Shown: positions 48,500-58,986, numbered from the stretch's first letter. The stretch is DNA of 64,000 nt from an uncultured Acidobacteriota bacterium (GCA_964534795.1 CAZHQK010000180.1:4395-68394); one strand, 5' to 3'. Notes: generated from the letters alone by a model not told the origin. Made by a program: numbers and translations.

Positions 48500-49039
48500 C
48501 TACAGCTGCTCTCCCGCCATCTGGGCGAATTCCTCCAGCGTGGGGAGATCGGACAGATCCTTCAGGCCGAAATGGACGAGGAATTCCTTCGACGTCCCGT
48601 ACAGGATCGGACGGCCCACGACCGGCTTGCGCCCCAGAATGGTCACCAGCTTCTTTTCGAGCAATGTGTGCAGGGCGGTCGTCGACTTCTTGCCGCGGAT
48701 CGCCAGAATCTCCGCGAGCGTGACCGGCTGGCGGTAGGCGATCACCGCCAGGGTCTCCAGGGCCGCCAGCGAGAGCTTGGCGCCGGGCTTCGATTTCAGA
48801 TAACTCCGGATATATTCGTGGTACTCGGGGCGCGTGCTCATCCGGTAGCCGCCGGCGACCTCGCGGATGCACATGCCGCCGCGGCGCGCATTGAACTCCT
48901 CGACCAGCCTGTGGAGCGCGACCTCCAGCTTGTCATAGCTCTCGTCCGGGAAAAGCTCCTTGAGTTGCTCGACGCGCACGGGGTCGTCGGCCACGTAAAT
49001 GACGGCTTCCAGGATGGGCTGGATGTCTTCGATTTCCAT
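48500..49039 (-). CDS. scpB: segregation and condensation protein B
   Basis: 179 aa with the tandem winged-helix ScpB signature (LEAVIYVADDPV...LETLAVIAYRQPVT). Confidence 0.85.
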   Translation of the reverse strand: MEIEDIQPILEAVIYVADDPVRVEQLKELFPDESYDKLEVALHRLVEEFNARRGGMCIREVAGGYRMSTRPEYHEYIRSYLKSKPGAKLSLAALETLAVIAYRQPVTLAEILAIRGKKSTTALHTLLEKKLVTILGRKPVVGRPILYGTSKEFLVHFGLKDLSDLPTLEEFAQMAGEQL

Positions 49040-49044
49040 GGGTC

Positions 49045-49818
49045 TCAGGCCGTACCTCCGGAAGTGTTGTTCCTGCCGATGCGGATTTCTCCGAACGTCT
49101 TCTGCTGGCGTATCCAGATCTCCCTGAGGCGCACGAGCTCCAGGAGCGCCAGGAAGGTCGCGATCAGGTGCCGCCGGGACGAAGCACTCTCGAAAAAGGT
49201 CGAGAACGACAGGCTCTCATGGACGAGCAGCAGCAGCCGGATCTCTTCCATCGCCTGTTCGATCGACACCTCCTCGGCGGCAACCTGCATCCTGTTGCGG
49301 TCCTCGAAGCGGCGCACCACTTCGTGAAACGCTTTCAGCAGGTCGAAAAGCGTCACGGCCACCGCCTCCTTGCCCTCCTCGAGGACTTCCGGCGGAGGGG
49401 AGGACCAGACCGAGCTCTCGATCTCCTCGCGCGTATGCAGCATCTGGGCGGCGGCTTTGAATTTCTGGTGCTCGAGCAGCTGGCAGACCAGTTCGGTACG
49501 CGGGTCCTCGCGCTCCTCCTCGGCGGTTTCCGCCGCAGGATCGGGCGGAAGCAGCATGCGCGACTTGATGTAGATCAGAGTGGCCGCCATCACCAGCCAT
49601 TCCCCGGCGACGTTGATGTTGAGATCGCGCATCCATTCCAGGTACTCGAGATACTGCTCGGTAATGCGCGCGATGGGAATGTTCCAGATATCGATCTCCT
49701 CGCGCCTGATCAGATGCAGCAGGAGATCCAGCGGCCCCTCGAAGCAATCCAGGCGGATCGTGATTCCCGGCCCGCCGGCGTCGATCGCTTCCCGCTGCTG
49801 GTTGCCCTCGCTCTCCAT
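49045..49818 (-). CDS. scpA: segregation and condensation protein A
   Basis: 257 aa with the kleisin ScpA pattern (FEGPLDLLLHLIRREEIDIWNIPIARITEQYLEY...). Confidence 0.85.
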   Translation of the reverse strand: MESEGNQQREAIDAGGPGITIRLDCFEGPLDLLLHLIRREEIDIWNIPIARITEQYLEYLEWMRDLNINVAGEWLVMAATLIYIKSRMLLPPDPAAETAEEEREDPRTELVCQLLEHQKFKAAAQMLHTREEIESSVWSSPPPEVLEEGKEAVAVTLFDLLKAFHEVVRRFEDRNRMQVAAEEVSIEQAMEEIRLLLLVHESLSFSTFFESASSRRHLIATFLALLELVRLREIWIRQQKTFGEIRIGRNNTSGGTA

Positions 49819-49836
49819 ACGCGTCCGCAGGCTCCG

Positions 49837-50532
49837 CTAGAAACGAAACAGAAGGCCGATCACCCACCACAGGGGCGCAAAGAGAAAACGGAAAATCCCG
49901 AGGAACATCATGCCGTACAGCACCATAATGCCGAAGCCGCTGACGCGCTCGAGCGCCCGCGCGGCATTATAGGGCAGCACTCCATACAGGATCCAGTGCC
50001 CGTCCAGCGGCGGGATCGGGATCAGGTTGAAAAGGGCCAGGGCCAGGTTGATGACCAGCGCAAAAAACAGCAGCCCCGCCAGCGGAGCCAGAAGCGAACG
50101 TTCCGGCGGCACGCTCATGGTCACCATCATGTTGAGCAGCAGCCCGTTCGCCTGGGGCGACACCGCTTTGAGCACCGCCAGCGCCGCGAAGGCCGCCACG
50201 GCCGCCGCCAGATTCGAACCGGGGCCGGCGAGCGATATGAAGATCTGGTCGCGCTGCGGGCGTCGCAGGTGCGCTGCGTTGACCGGGACCGGCTTCGCCC
50301 AGCCGATCAGGGGAAGGCCGGTGAAAAACTGCAGCAGCGGAAACAGCAGCGTGCCGATCGGATCGATGTGCGCGATCGGATTCAGGGTGACCCTGCCCAG
50401 ATAGCGGGCCGTATAATCGCCGAAACGGTCGGCCGTCCAGGCATGGGAAGCCTCGTGCAGGCTCAGGGAAAAGAGAAGTACCGCCAGCTGGATCAGCGCA
50501 CTGCCGAAATTGAAGTTGTGAAGGAAATCCAC
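49837..50532 (-). CDS. M50 family (site-2 protease-like) zinc metallopeptidase
   Basis: HEASH (HExxH) within a TM helix, and the LDG motif (PLDGHWIL). The GTG at 50530-50532 has a GGAAGAGAGA RBS. The track ORF extends to 50577. Confidence 0.7.
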   Translation of the reverse strand: MDFLHNFNFGSALIQLAVLLFSLSLHEASHAWTADRFGDYTARYLGRVTLNPIAHIDPIGTLLFPLLQFFTGLPLIGWAKPVPVNAAHLRRPQRDQIFISLAGPGSNLAAAVAAFAALAVLKAVSPQANGLLLNMMVTMSVPPERSLLAPLAGLLFFALVINLALALFNLIPIPPLDGHWILYGVLPYNAARALERVSGFGIMVLYGMMFLGIFRFLFAPLWWVIGLLFRF

Positions 50533-50813
50533 GGTCTCTCTTCCCGAATCCGATCGACGGGTCGCCTCGGCGCGCACCGGACCCGAATCCGCCCGGCACG
50601 CATGATCGAAGACGGCAAACCGGCGATCCCCCGGGATTCGCGCGGGCTCGGGTCCTGGCGAGCAATCCCGGAGCTTCCGACCTCACCCGAGATCCGGCCC
50701 GGATTTCAATATATCACAAGACAACCGGCCCGTGGCGCCGCAACCGCAGGTCTCCGGACATATCGCTGGCATGACCGGGCTTCGGAGTCTAAAATTGCGT
50801 TTTTCCGGTCTGG

Positions 50814-51755
50814 GTGGCGATGCCCCTGCAGGTCCTGAGAATCGGAAGCCGCGGCAGTACCCTGGCCCTTGCGCAGGCGAATTGGGTCCGCGATCGCATC
50901 CTTGCGTGCCGGCCGCACATGCAGGCCGTCATCTGCGTGATCCGGACCGCCGCCGACACCCGGCCCGACCTGCCGATCCGCGACGCCGGATCCACCGGCG
51001 TCTGGGTCAGGGAGATCGAACAGGCGCTGCTCGCCCGCGACGTGGATCTGGCCGTGCACAGCATGAAAGACCTGCCCACCAGGATTCCGCAAGGCCTCGC
51101 CATCGGCGCGATTCCCGAACGCGAAGACGCGCACGACGTCCTGGTAACCAGGCAGCCCGTCCGGGCACTGTCGGACCTGCGCCCCGGATCGGTCGTGGGC
51201 ACGGGAAGCCTCCGGCGGCGCGCCCAGATACTCGCGGCCCGTCCCGACCTGCAGGTGCGCGATATCCGCGGGAACGTCGACACGCGCCTGCACAAGCTCG
51301 AGCGCGGGGACTGCGACGCGCTCGTGCTGGCCGCGGCCGGCCTCAGGCGCCTGGGGCTGGAAGACCGCGCCGCACTGCGGCTGGAGTTCGAGGAAATGCT
51401 TCCCGCACCGGGCCAGGGGGCCCTGGCCTTGGAAACGCGCAGCGGCGACCTGGCGACCGCTTCCCTGCTCGCCGCCTTGCACCACGAGTCCACGGCGGCG
51501 GCCGTGCTTGCCGAAAGAACTTTCCTGCAGCACGCGGGCGGCGGGTGCAACAGCCCGGTTGCCGTGCACGCGCAGCCTCGAGGCGACCGGTTCTCGATCA
51601 CCGGGCTGATCGCCGCACCCGACGGCACCCGGGTCGTGCGCGAGACGCTCGCCGCGGGCGCGGGCGAAGTCCAGGAGATCGCCCGGGAGCTCGCCGCAAC
51701 GCTCCTGGCGCGCGGCGGGCGCGAGATTCTCCGCTCCATAGGTCGCATGCCATGA
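50814..51755 (+). CDS. hemC: porphobilinogen deaminase (hydroxymethylbilane synthase)
   Basis: LRIGSRGSTLALAQA..., and a dipyrromethane cofactor Cys region (GGCNSPVA). Confidence 0.9.
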   Translation: MAMPLQVLRIGSRGSTLALAQANWVRDRILACRPHMQAVICVIRTAADTRPDLPIRDAGSTGVWVREIEQALLARDVDLAVHSMKDLPTRIPQGLAIGAIPEREDAHDVLVTRQPVRALSDLRPGSVVGTGSLRRRAQILAARPDLQVRDIRGNVDTRLHKLERGDCDALVLAAAGLRRLGLEDRAALRLEFEEMLPAPGQGALALETRSGDLATASLLAALHHESTAAAVLAERTFLQHAGGGCNSPVAVHAQPRGDRFSITGLIAAPDGTRVVRETLAAGAGEVQEIARELAATLLARGGREILRSIGRMP

Positions 51756-52591
51756 GCGTTCATCCATCCGGCCCGGCAGGGAAACCGCTCGCAGGCATGC
51801 GCGCTTTTGTCGCATGCAGCGAAAAGACGGCCGTGCGCCTGGAAGAAGGCCTGAGGCTGCAGGGAGCGCATGCGCGTGCCGTTCCCGTCATCGAAATCCG
51901 CGCGAGCGCGTCGCCCGGGTTGCTCGATGCCGCTCTCGACTCCCTCGGCTCCTATGAGTGGGTCGTGTTCACCAGCTCCTACGGCGTGCTCCACTGCCTC
52001 GAGCGCATGAAGCAGCGCCGCCTGCCGCCGGACCGCCTCGCCGACGTCAAGATCTGCGCCATCGGCCCCGAAACGGCCTCTCGGCTCCGGGCGGCGCACC
52101 TGGAGCCGGCGCTGCTGCCCGAAGAATATACCGCCGAGGGGATCGTGGCCGCCCTCACCGCATGGTATGGCGGTACGGCCCGCCTCGCAGGCCGCCGCAT
52201 CCTGCTTTTGAGAGCGCGCGAGGCCAGAGACCTGCTCCCGGGGGAGCTTTCGGCTGCAGGAGCCGTCGTGGATGTGGTCGCGTGCTACGAAAACGTGCCG
52301 GCGGCCGTGGATCCGGCCGTGGTCGAAGACCTGCGCCGGAATCCGCCGCACCTGCTGGTCTTCACCAGCTCGCTCACAGTCCGCAACTTCATCGCGCTGC
52401 TGGGAGATCGGGACGGGCGCAGGCTTCTGGCATCGGCCACCGTCGCCGCCCTGGGCCCGATCACGGCAGGAACGGTGCAATCCTACGGCAGGAAGCCCGA
52501 AATCGTTCCGCCGCAAAACACGGTCGCCTCGCTCCTGGAAGCCATCCGCAGCCACTTCGAACGGGCGCGCGCTCCGCGCGGGGAATCATGA
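51752..52591 (+). CDS. hemD: uroporphyrinogen-III synthase
   Basis: ATGA overlap with hemC. It is about 279 aa with HemD-like fold periodicity (..VVFTSSYGV..., ..LLVFTSS..). Confidence 0.7.
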   Translation: MSVHPSGPAGKPLAGMRAFVACSEKTAVRLEEGLRLQGAHARAVPVIEIRASASPGLLDAALDSLGSYEWVVFTSSYGVLHCLERMKQRRLPPDRLADVKICAIGPETASRLRAAHLEPALLPEEYTAEGIVAALTAWYGGTARLAGRRILLLRAREARDLLPGELSAAGAVVDVVACYENVPAAVDPAVVEDLRRNPPHLLVFTSSLTVRNFIALLGDRDGRRLLASATVAALGPITAGTVQSYGRKPEIVPPQNTVASLLEAIRSHFERARAPRGES

Positions 52592-52607
52592 AGCGCGCCC
52601 GCCGGCT

Positions 52608-53510
52608 TCAGGGCTTCCTGGCGGCTTCGGGAGGAGGAAAATCGACGTAGAACTCGATCCGCCCTTCGAGCACTTCGCCATTCTTGGTTGCGGGCAAAAA
52701 CACCCAGCTGTTCCTGACGGCCTCCACGGCGCGCTCATCCAGGCCTCGCCCCAGGCCCTTCTCGACCCGAATGTCCTGGAGACCCCCGTTGCGGTTGATG
52801 AGTGCCGAAAGCTTCACGCGGCCGTAGGTCTTCGTGCGTATCGCCTCCTCCGTCGGAGCCACGGGCGGTCGCTCGATGATCTTGGGGACGTTCACCCCGT
52901 CTTCCCTGATGAGGCTCTGCCAGTCGCGGTCCCATTCCGACGTGCCGTCGGTCGTGCGCACGCTCCCCATCGGCCGCAGGTTGGCCTGCTCGAGGGCGTC
53001 CTGCGGATCCTCGCTTTCGAGATCGAGCTCGCCGATCTTGGCCGCCAGGATTTCGAATTCGGCCCGCCCCAGAGGTTGCATATAGTAGCGCCGTGCGCCG
53101 ATGCGGATGCTCGCTTCGGCGATGCCGTCCAGCTCCCGGAAAGCGCCCAGGACGGTCAGGCCTGTGAAGGATTTGCTCTTGATCAGCGTGGAAGCGGAGT
53201 ACTTGTAGGTCTGGCCGCGGCTGTCGGTGGTCGGCTTTTCGAAAACCTGGCCTATGTAGAAAGCGCCCGACGCGCCCTTGTAGATGAACTCATTGGGCTG
53301 GATCACCAGCACGAACTCGGAAAGGTTGATCAGGTTGAGAATGAAACTGTGAGGCCCGGCCACCTCCGCCGTTATGATGAGCTGGGGTGAAACGAACGCA
53401 AAACAGCGGAACGGCTCCTGGGATCGGACCTCCGTCGCGCCCAGCAGCCAGGCCAGCAGTCCTATCTTCCACCAGCGGCGCATCCATGCCGGCCGGTCCA
53501 TGATACGCAT
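52608..53510 (-). CDS. TonB C-terminal domain protein (periplasmic, signal peptide)
   Basis: The C-terminal 80 aa match the TonB_C pattern (GRVKLSALINRNGGLQDIRVEKGLGRGLDERAVEAVRNSWVFLPATKNGEVLEGRIEFYVDF). An N-terminal signal (MRRWWKIGLLAWLLGA) is present. The start is uncertain. Confidence 0.5.
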   Translation of the reverse strand: MRIMDRPAWMRRWWKIGLLAWLLGATEVRSQEPFRCFAFVSPQLIITAEVAGPHSFILNLINLSEFVLVIQPNEFIYKGASGAFYIGQVFEKPTTDSRGQTYKYSASTLIKSKSFTGLTVLGAFRELDGIAEASIRIGARRYYMQPLGRAEFEILAAKIGELDLESEDPQDALEQANLRPMGSVRTTDGTSEWDRDWQSLIREDGVNVPKIIERPPVAPTEEAIRTKTYGRVKLSALINRNGGLQDIRVEKGLGRGLDERAVEAVRNSWVFLPATKNGEVLEGRIEFYVDFPPPEAARKP

Positions 53511-53519
53511 CCCTCGAGG

Positions 53520-54668
53520 CTATCGCATCGACCGCAGCAGCCCGCACAGGAATGCGGCCCGCCGCGGTATATCGGGTATGACAATATGTTCGTCTTCCGC
53601 ATGCGCACCGCCGCCGTCCACGCCCAGCCCGTCCAGGGTCGGTTTGCCCATGGCAGCGGTGAAGGAGCCGTCGCTGCCGCCTCCGGACGACCCTTCGCCG
53701 AAGGGCATGCCGACGGCCGCCGCAATCGAGCGTGCCTTCTCGTAGAGAGCGGCCACTTCCCGGGTCCTCTCGAGCGGCGGCCGCTCGATGCCTCCCGTCA
53801 CCGCCAGCCGGCAGCGCGCATCGGAGGGCCGCAAGCCGCGCACCCGCTCCTCCAGGAAGCGCCCCTGCTCCCGAGTGACGAATCGGAAATCGACCGCCGC
53901 TTCGGCGTACGCAGGGACGACGCTCACGGCGATCCCGCCGCGCACCGTGCCGACGCTGAAGGTGACGCCGCTCCCATAATCGGTCATCTCCTGCATTTGT
54001 ATCACAATCCGGCTCAGCTCGACTATGGCATTTGCGCCCCGCTCGTGATCGAGTCCGGCATGGGCTGCGATCCCCTCGACGGCCACGTGGAACTGCCCTA
54101 CCCCCTTGCGCGATGTTTTGGCCTTGCCCCCGGGCAAAGGGGGCTCGAGGCACAGAACAGTGTCGCACGGGCGGGCGGCGGCCTCGAGAAGCGGCAAGCC
54201 GTGCGCCGTGCCCGTCTCCTCGTCCGGCGTGAAGAAAAAAACGACGTCCCGGCCCGGGTGTGCCACCCCCTCGTGAAAGGCCCGGCACGCGAGCAGGCAG
54301 AGCAGGATGCCGGCTTTCATGTCGAAAATCCCGGGGCCGAAGGCCTTGTCGTTTTCGATGCGGAACGGGCGGCGAGCGACCGTTCCCGCAGGCCAGACCG
54401 TATCGAGATGGCCCAGCACCATGACGGCGGGCCCGGGGCATTCGCCCGGCCACCGGGCTTCGAGCGCATTTCCGCCGGACTCGATTTCCAGGATCGCCGC
54501 GGCCGCGCCGCGCCTGCGAAATTCGAGAGCGAGAAACGCCGCCAGGGCGTCGACGCCGCACTTGTCGTCGGAGCAGGACTCCAGATTCACCAGCGCCTGC
54601 AGCAGAGCGAGGTCGGCGCTCAGGCTTCTCTCGAAGTAACCGCGGAGTTCCTGCAGGACGAGGCTCAT
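53520..54668 (-). CDS. M20 family metallopeptidase (ArgE/DapE/CPG2-like deacylase)
   Basis: Internal ATG at 54666-54668 (MSLVLQELRGYFERS...). Metal-binding blocks are HLDTVW, DMKAG and TPDEETG. Its start overlaps the dapF stop (ATGA). The track's 504-aa version carries an Arg-rich artefact N-terminus. Confidence 0.75.
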   Translation of the reverse strand: MSLVLQELRGYFERSLSADLALLQALVNLESCSDDKCGVDALAAFLALEFRRRGAAAAILEIESGGNALEARWPGECPGPAVMVLGHLDTVWPAGTVARRPFRIENDKAFGPGIFDMKAGILLCLLACRAFHEGVAHPGRDVVFFFTPDEETGTAHGLPLLEAAARPCDTVLCLEPPLPGGKAKTSRKGVGQFHVAVEGIAAHAGLDHERGANAIVELSRIVIQMQEMTDYGSGVTFSVGTVRGGIAVSVVPAYAEAAVDFRFVTREQGRFLEERVRGLRPSDARCRLAVTGGIERPPLERTREVAALYEKARSIAAAVGMPFGEGSSGGGSDGSFTAAMGKPTLDGLGVDGGGAHAEDEHIVIPDIPRRAAFLCGLLRSMR

Positions 54669-55540
54669 CGACAATCGTTTTCCGGCACGACGGCGTGCAG
54701 CTTTCCTTCGCAGATCAGCTCGGCGCTGCCCGTCAGCACGACATCCGACGGCGGATCCCACGATACCTGCAATTCGCCGCCGTCGGTGTGCACGCGCACG
54801 GGGCTCGCGGCGAGACCGCAGAGAATGGCGGCGACGGCGGCCGCGCAGCTCCCCGTCCCGGAAGCCTCGGTCCTGCCGACCCCCCTTTCCCAGAAGCGAA
54901 CCCGCAAGTTGTGCCGGTCCAGCACCTGGATGAACTCCACGTTCGTCCGCCTCGGGAAGGCGCCGTGCCTTTCCAGCAGCGGGCCCAGCCTGTCGACGGG
55001 CACGGCGAGCACATCCGGCCAGAAGAGCGCGCAATGCGGATTGCCCATCGACAGTACGGTCACCGGGTACACCTCATCGCCCACCTCGAGAGGATACTGG
55101 ATCAGCGGGCCTGCTCCGGATCCCAGAAGCACGGGAACAAGCGCCGGTTCCGTCACCGGCCCGCCCATCGAGCTTTCGTAAGTGTAGCTGCAGCCCCGGC
55201 GATCTTTCAGCGTACAGCAGCGGATGCCCGCCACGGTCCGTATCCTGGCCGTCGGCGGCAGCAGCCCGCCGGAATGGTGGAGGTAGGCCGCCAGGCAGCG
55301 AATGCCGTTTCCGGATACTTCGGCCTTGCTGCCGTCGGCGTTATAGATCAAGGCCGAGCAGTCGGCATCGGGGTCGCCGCTCGTGGGCCGGTAAAACACC
55401 ACCCCGTCGGCGCCCACGCCGCGATGACGATCGCAGGCCCGCCTGGCCAGATCGGACAGCGGCACGGCGGAATCGCCGGCCGTGTCGATGCGTATCACCA
55501 GGAAGTCGTTCCCGAGCCCATGCAGTTTTGCGAAGTTCAT
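54665..55540 (-). CDS. dapF: diaminopimelate epimerase
   Basis: ATG at 55538-55540 (MNFAKLHGLGNDFLVI...) with both catalytic Cys regions (SGNGIRC, GSC). It is 291 aa. Confidence 0.85.
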   Translation of the reverse strand: MNFAKLHGLGNDFLVIRIDTAGDSAVPLSDLARRACDRHRGVGADGVVFYRPTSGDPDADCSALIYNADGSKAEVSGNGIRCLAAYLHHSGGLLPPTARIRTVAGIRCCTLKDRRGCSYTYESSMGGPVTEPALVPVLLGSGAGPLIQYPLEVGDEVYPVTVLSMGNPHCALFWPDVLAVPVDRLGPLLERHGAFPRRTNVEFIQVLDRHNLRVRFWERGVGRTEASGTGSCAAAVAAILCGLAASPVRVHTDGGELQVSWDPPSDVVLTGSAELICEGKLHAVVPENDCR

Positions 55541-55676
55541 GGCCGTAGCCGCTGCCGGCCGGAGGCTCATGCCGGCATCCGGAAGCGCAGGCCTTCGAGA
55601 GCCCGCGCCGGGGCGCATTGTCGCCGATCGCCGGCAAGTCTGTCAAACGCAGCGCCGCGCGCCGCCGGTCGCGGGC

Positions 55677-56750
55677 TCAGCGGCTCAGTTCCCGCTTCAG
55701 GTATTCGATCACCTCGACCGGGGTCGGATCGACGCCGTTGAGGTAGGCAAGATACAGGCTGACGAAATCGCCCAGGTAGACAGCGGAAAATATGCGCGCA
55801 AGGCGCGAAGTCCCTTCCGTCCACACCTGATGCAGGGCGCCGCAGCGGCCGGTCAAGAGCCCGCACGTCAGGTCGAATCTCCGCCGCACCTGCGGATGGT
55901 CTTCGCGATCGCGCAGCATCACGACCCCGATACGTTCCAGAACGGGCGATTTCATCTCCCAGCCGACCAGCTCGTTGTGGTTCATCTCCGGCAGCGCGTG
56001 GTGCAAGGCGAGGTTCTTGGCGTTCTCCTCGATCTGGCAGCGCCAGCGATAGGCGGCAGGTTCGAGCAACCCGGCCGATCCGTATATCGCGGCGATCCTT
56101 CCGTGCAGCGAGCGTGCCAGCTGCTTGGCGGGGTTGGCGCTCTCCGGAATCTCCGGCTGCCAGCGGCGCCCCAGGGCATCGAGCAACGATTCCGTCTCCG
56201 CCAGGGATTCGTCGATGCCCCCGATCACGCCGGCGGCGCGCAGAAGGCCGAGGATCGCCACGGTCGAGTAGCCCAATGCCGCGCGCGGCGGGAGGCCGGG
56301 CGGTATAAGGACCAGGGGCATGCGATCGGCGGCCGCCAGGCGCGCCAGCTCCCCGCCTGAAGTCACGCATGCGACCGCCGCCCCGGCACGGCGGGCCTCG
56401 CCCACCGCCTGCAACGTCTCTTCGGTATTGCCCGAATAGCTGCTGGCGATCACCAGCGTGCGCGCGTCGGCAAAGGCGGGCAGGGCATAGTCGCGCTGGA
56501 CGGCGAGCGGAACCTGCAGGCGATCCGATGCGGCCGCGCGCGCGATCTCGCCGCCGATGGCGGAACCGCCCATGCCGGCTACGATCACATTGTCGATCCG
56601 GTCGCGGGGCAGCAGGCGGAGATTTCCGACCAGGCCGCGGGCAGCCCGCATCTGCGCCGGAAAAGAGGCCACCAGGTCCTTCATCGCACGCGGATCCGCT
56701 TCCTGCCACAGCTCCGGCCGATCGAGATCCTGCATCGTCCCTCCCTTCAA
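55677..56750 (-). CDS. bifunctional phosphoglucose/phosphomannose isomerase (SIS domain)
   Basis: 357 aa with SIS motifs (VIVAGMGGSAIGG, IASSYSGNTEET) and a PGI/PMI C-terminal region. Confidence 0.7.
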   Translation of the reverse strand: MKGGTMQDLDRPELWQEADPRAMKDLVASFPAQMRAARGLVGNLRLLPRDRIDNVIVAGMGGSAIGGEIARAAASDRLQVPLAVQRDYALPAFADARTLVIASSYSGNTEETLQAVGEARRAGAAVACVTSGGELARLAAADRMPLVLIPPGLPPRAALGYSTVAILGLLRAAGVIGGIDESLAETESLLDALGRRWQPEIPESANPAKQLARSLHGRIAAIYGSAGLLEPAAYRWRCQIEENAKNLALHHALPEMNHNELVGWEMKSPVLERIGVVMLRDREDHPQVRRRFDLTCGLLTGRCGALHQVWTEGTSRLARIFSAVYLGDFVSLYLAYLNGVDPTPVEVIEYLKRELSR

Positions 56751-56820
56751 TCCCCCCAGCAGCCTGCGGCGCCCCGGCGCGCATGGGGCTTTGCGGCGCC
56801 CAGCCGGCCAAGCCCGGCCG

Positions 56821-58956
56821 TCAGCGGACCTTGCCGATGATGAGCGTCATGTCGTCGTCGCGCTCCTCCTCGAAGGTCCATTTCAAGACTTCCTCGACCA
56901 CAACCTTTTGGATCTCGGAGGCCGGCAGCTGCCGGTGGTCCTGCACCAGGCGGATCAGGCGCGCCTCGCCGAACTCCTCGCCGTACTCATTGACGCATTC
57001 CAGGATGCCGTCCGTGTAAGCCAGCAGCAGATCTCCCGGAGCGAGCCGGATGGTCTCCTGCTCGTAGTCGGCCTCGGCGAAGATGCCGACGACGGTACCG
57101 CCGGTTTCCAGGCGCCGCCACCCGTCCCTGCCGAGGAACAGCGGCGGGTTATGGCCGGCATTGCAGTACGTCAGGCAAAGCCCGCCCTCCTCGAAAACCC
57201 CATAGAAAAGCGAGGCGAACTTGTTGGTGGAGGTGTAGTGCACGATATGACGGTTCAGCGCCGTCACCACCCGCGACACCTGGCTGCCGGCGCGCGCGCC
57301 GCCGCCATCGCCCGCACCGTGGACGAAGTTGGCCGCATTGCTGCGCAGTGCGGCCTGCAGGTTCGCCATCAGCAGGGCCGCCGATATTCCCTTGCCGCAT
57401 ATGTCTCCGAGCGCCACCCCAACGGCGTTCGCGTCGAAAGGGAGGAAGTCGTAATAGTCGCCGCTCACCACCCGGGCGGGCAGACACAGCCCCGTCAGTT
57501 CCAGACGTTCCAGACGCGGCGCCTGGTGCGGGAAAAGGCGCTCCTGCACCTCCTTGGCGATCTCCAGCTCGCGCTCCAGCCTTTCCTTCTGCACCCGCTC
57601 CTTGACCAGCGTCTGGATGTACTCGGTCATCTGATTGAAGGAACGCGCCAGCGCCCCCAGCTGGTCGTCCGATTTGACCACGATGCGATGGCTGAAATCC
57701 CCGCGCCGGATGAATTCCGTCCCGCGGTAGAGGTTGTGCACCGCGGTGGTGATCGACTTGGTCAGGAGAATCCCGACGAGCAGCGAGAAAATCTCCACCA
57801 CGATGAAAAACCCGATGACGATGCGCAGCACGTCCAGTATCGTCCGGCCCACGGGATTGTCGGAGCGGAAGAGATTCTGCAACAGCTTCGAGGTCGAAAG
57901 CTCCACGAACAGCACCTGCGAGTCCGCGCTTTCGGTCTCCACGCCCGTGGCCCACGACACCGGGTACAGCAGGATCGACCACATCGGCCGGCCGGCGCCG
58001 CCCTCGGCGCCCTCCGTCTCGAAGGTCGAGCCGACGATGTTCTGCCGCAGAATGCTGCTGTCCTGCAGCATGATGTTGAGCCCGCCGGTCGGCACGCGAT
58101 CCGCCAGAAGCATCTCCTGGCCGGTGGCGGCCTTGAGCCGATCGAGCATGTAGCCGTCGAAAGGCACGGAGCTCTCCAGGAAGAACTGCAGCCCGGGGCG
58201 CAATTCGCCGGCGACGCAACTGCGAAGGTACAGGCGCGCGCGCTTTTCCCCGTCCGCCGCCGGCAAGTCCGGCTGGTAAAGACCCGGCTGCAGATCCTCG
58301 GCCACCAGGCCGCTGTATTCCCGGCCCTCGATCCAGCGGGGCGGCTCCTGGTATTCGCGCAGCCGCTCCGGGCGCACTTTGCCGGCGCCGAACGTCTGGC
58401 GCCGGCCCGCGGCCGAGTCCGTCACCTGCAGAATCACGGCAGCCGACGGATACGCCCCCAGCAGATACCGGGAAACCTGGCCGAGCAGCGCATCGGGATC
58501 GCCGCGGCCCGCGGGCCATCCCGCCGCCGCCTGCTGCAGTCCCGAAGCGAGCGAGAGGTTGAAGGCATGCAGCTGCCCCAGATGGATGCCGATCTGGTTC
58601 ACGATCAGGTAATAGGTATACTGATAGTAGAAAAGCAGGGCGGAGATCCACAGGATCACGATTACCAGGAGCACCGGGATCAGGCCGATGAAGGTATGGG
58701 CCAGGATCAGCCGGCGGCGGATCCGCCAAAGGAGTCTGCGCCGGAGCGCAGCCGAAAGCACCCAGGCATAGTAAAGCGCCGGAAGCGCCAGCAGCAAAGT
58801 CAGGGAGTCGAGAAAAAACAGAAGGCCGGCGGGCAGCGCCTGCCGCCCGGCCAGCGCCACGAACAGCGACTTGAGGAGCCAGAGGAGAATCAGGCAGACG
58901 GTGAAGATCCCCATCCGCGTCCGCGGGATCGCTCGCCTCACATTTCCTCCGCACAA
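56821..58956 (-). CDS. membrane sensor PP2C-family protein-Ser/Thr phosphatase (SpoIIE/RsbU-like) with a HAMP domain
   Basis: TM helices, an extracytoplasmic domain, HAMP, and a C-terminal PP2C (SGDYYDF...GDICGKGISAALLMA...TDGILE). The start is uncertain (TTG 58956, or ATG 58914). Confidence 0.7.
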   Translation of the reverse strand: MCGGNVRRAIPRTRMGIFTVCLILLWLLKSLFVALAGRQALPAGLLFFLDSLTLLLALPALYYAWVLSAALRRRLLWRIRRRLILAHTFIGLIPVLLVIVILWISALLFYYQYTYYLIVNQIGIHLGQLHAFNLSLASGLQQAAAGWPAGRGDPDALLGQVSRYLLGAYPSAAVILQVTDSAAGRRQTFGAGKVRPERLREYQEPPRWIEGREYSGLVAEDLQPGLYQPDLPAADGEKRARLYLRSCVAGELRPGLQFFLESSVPFDGYMLDRLKAATGQEMLLADRVPTGGLNIMLQDSSILRQNIVGSTFETEGAEGGAGRPMWSILLYPVSWATGVETESADSQVLFVELSTSKLLQNLFRSDNPVGRTILDVLRIVIGFFIVVEIFSLLVGILLTKSITTAVHNLYRGTEFIRRGDFSHRIVVKSDDQLGALARSFNQMTEYIQTLVKERVQKERLERELEIAKEVQERLFPHQAPRLERLELTGLCLPARVVSGDYYDFLPFDANAVGVALGDICGKGISAALLMANLQAALRSNAANFVHGAGDGGGARAGSQVSRVVTALNRHIVHYTSTNKFASLFYGVFEEGGLCLTYCNAGHNPPLFLGRDGWRRLETGGTVVGIFAEADYEQETIRLAPGDLLLAYTDGILECVNEYGEEFGEARLIRLVQDHRQLPASEIQKVVVEEVLKWTFEEERDDDMTLIIGKVR

Positions 58957-58986
58957 GGCAGTCTTGCCGTTGCGGGCAAGGCCGGC

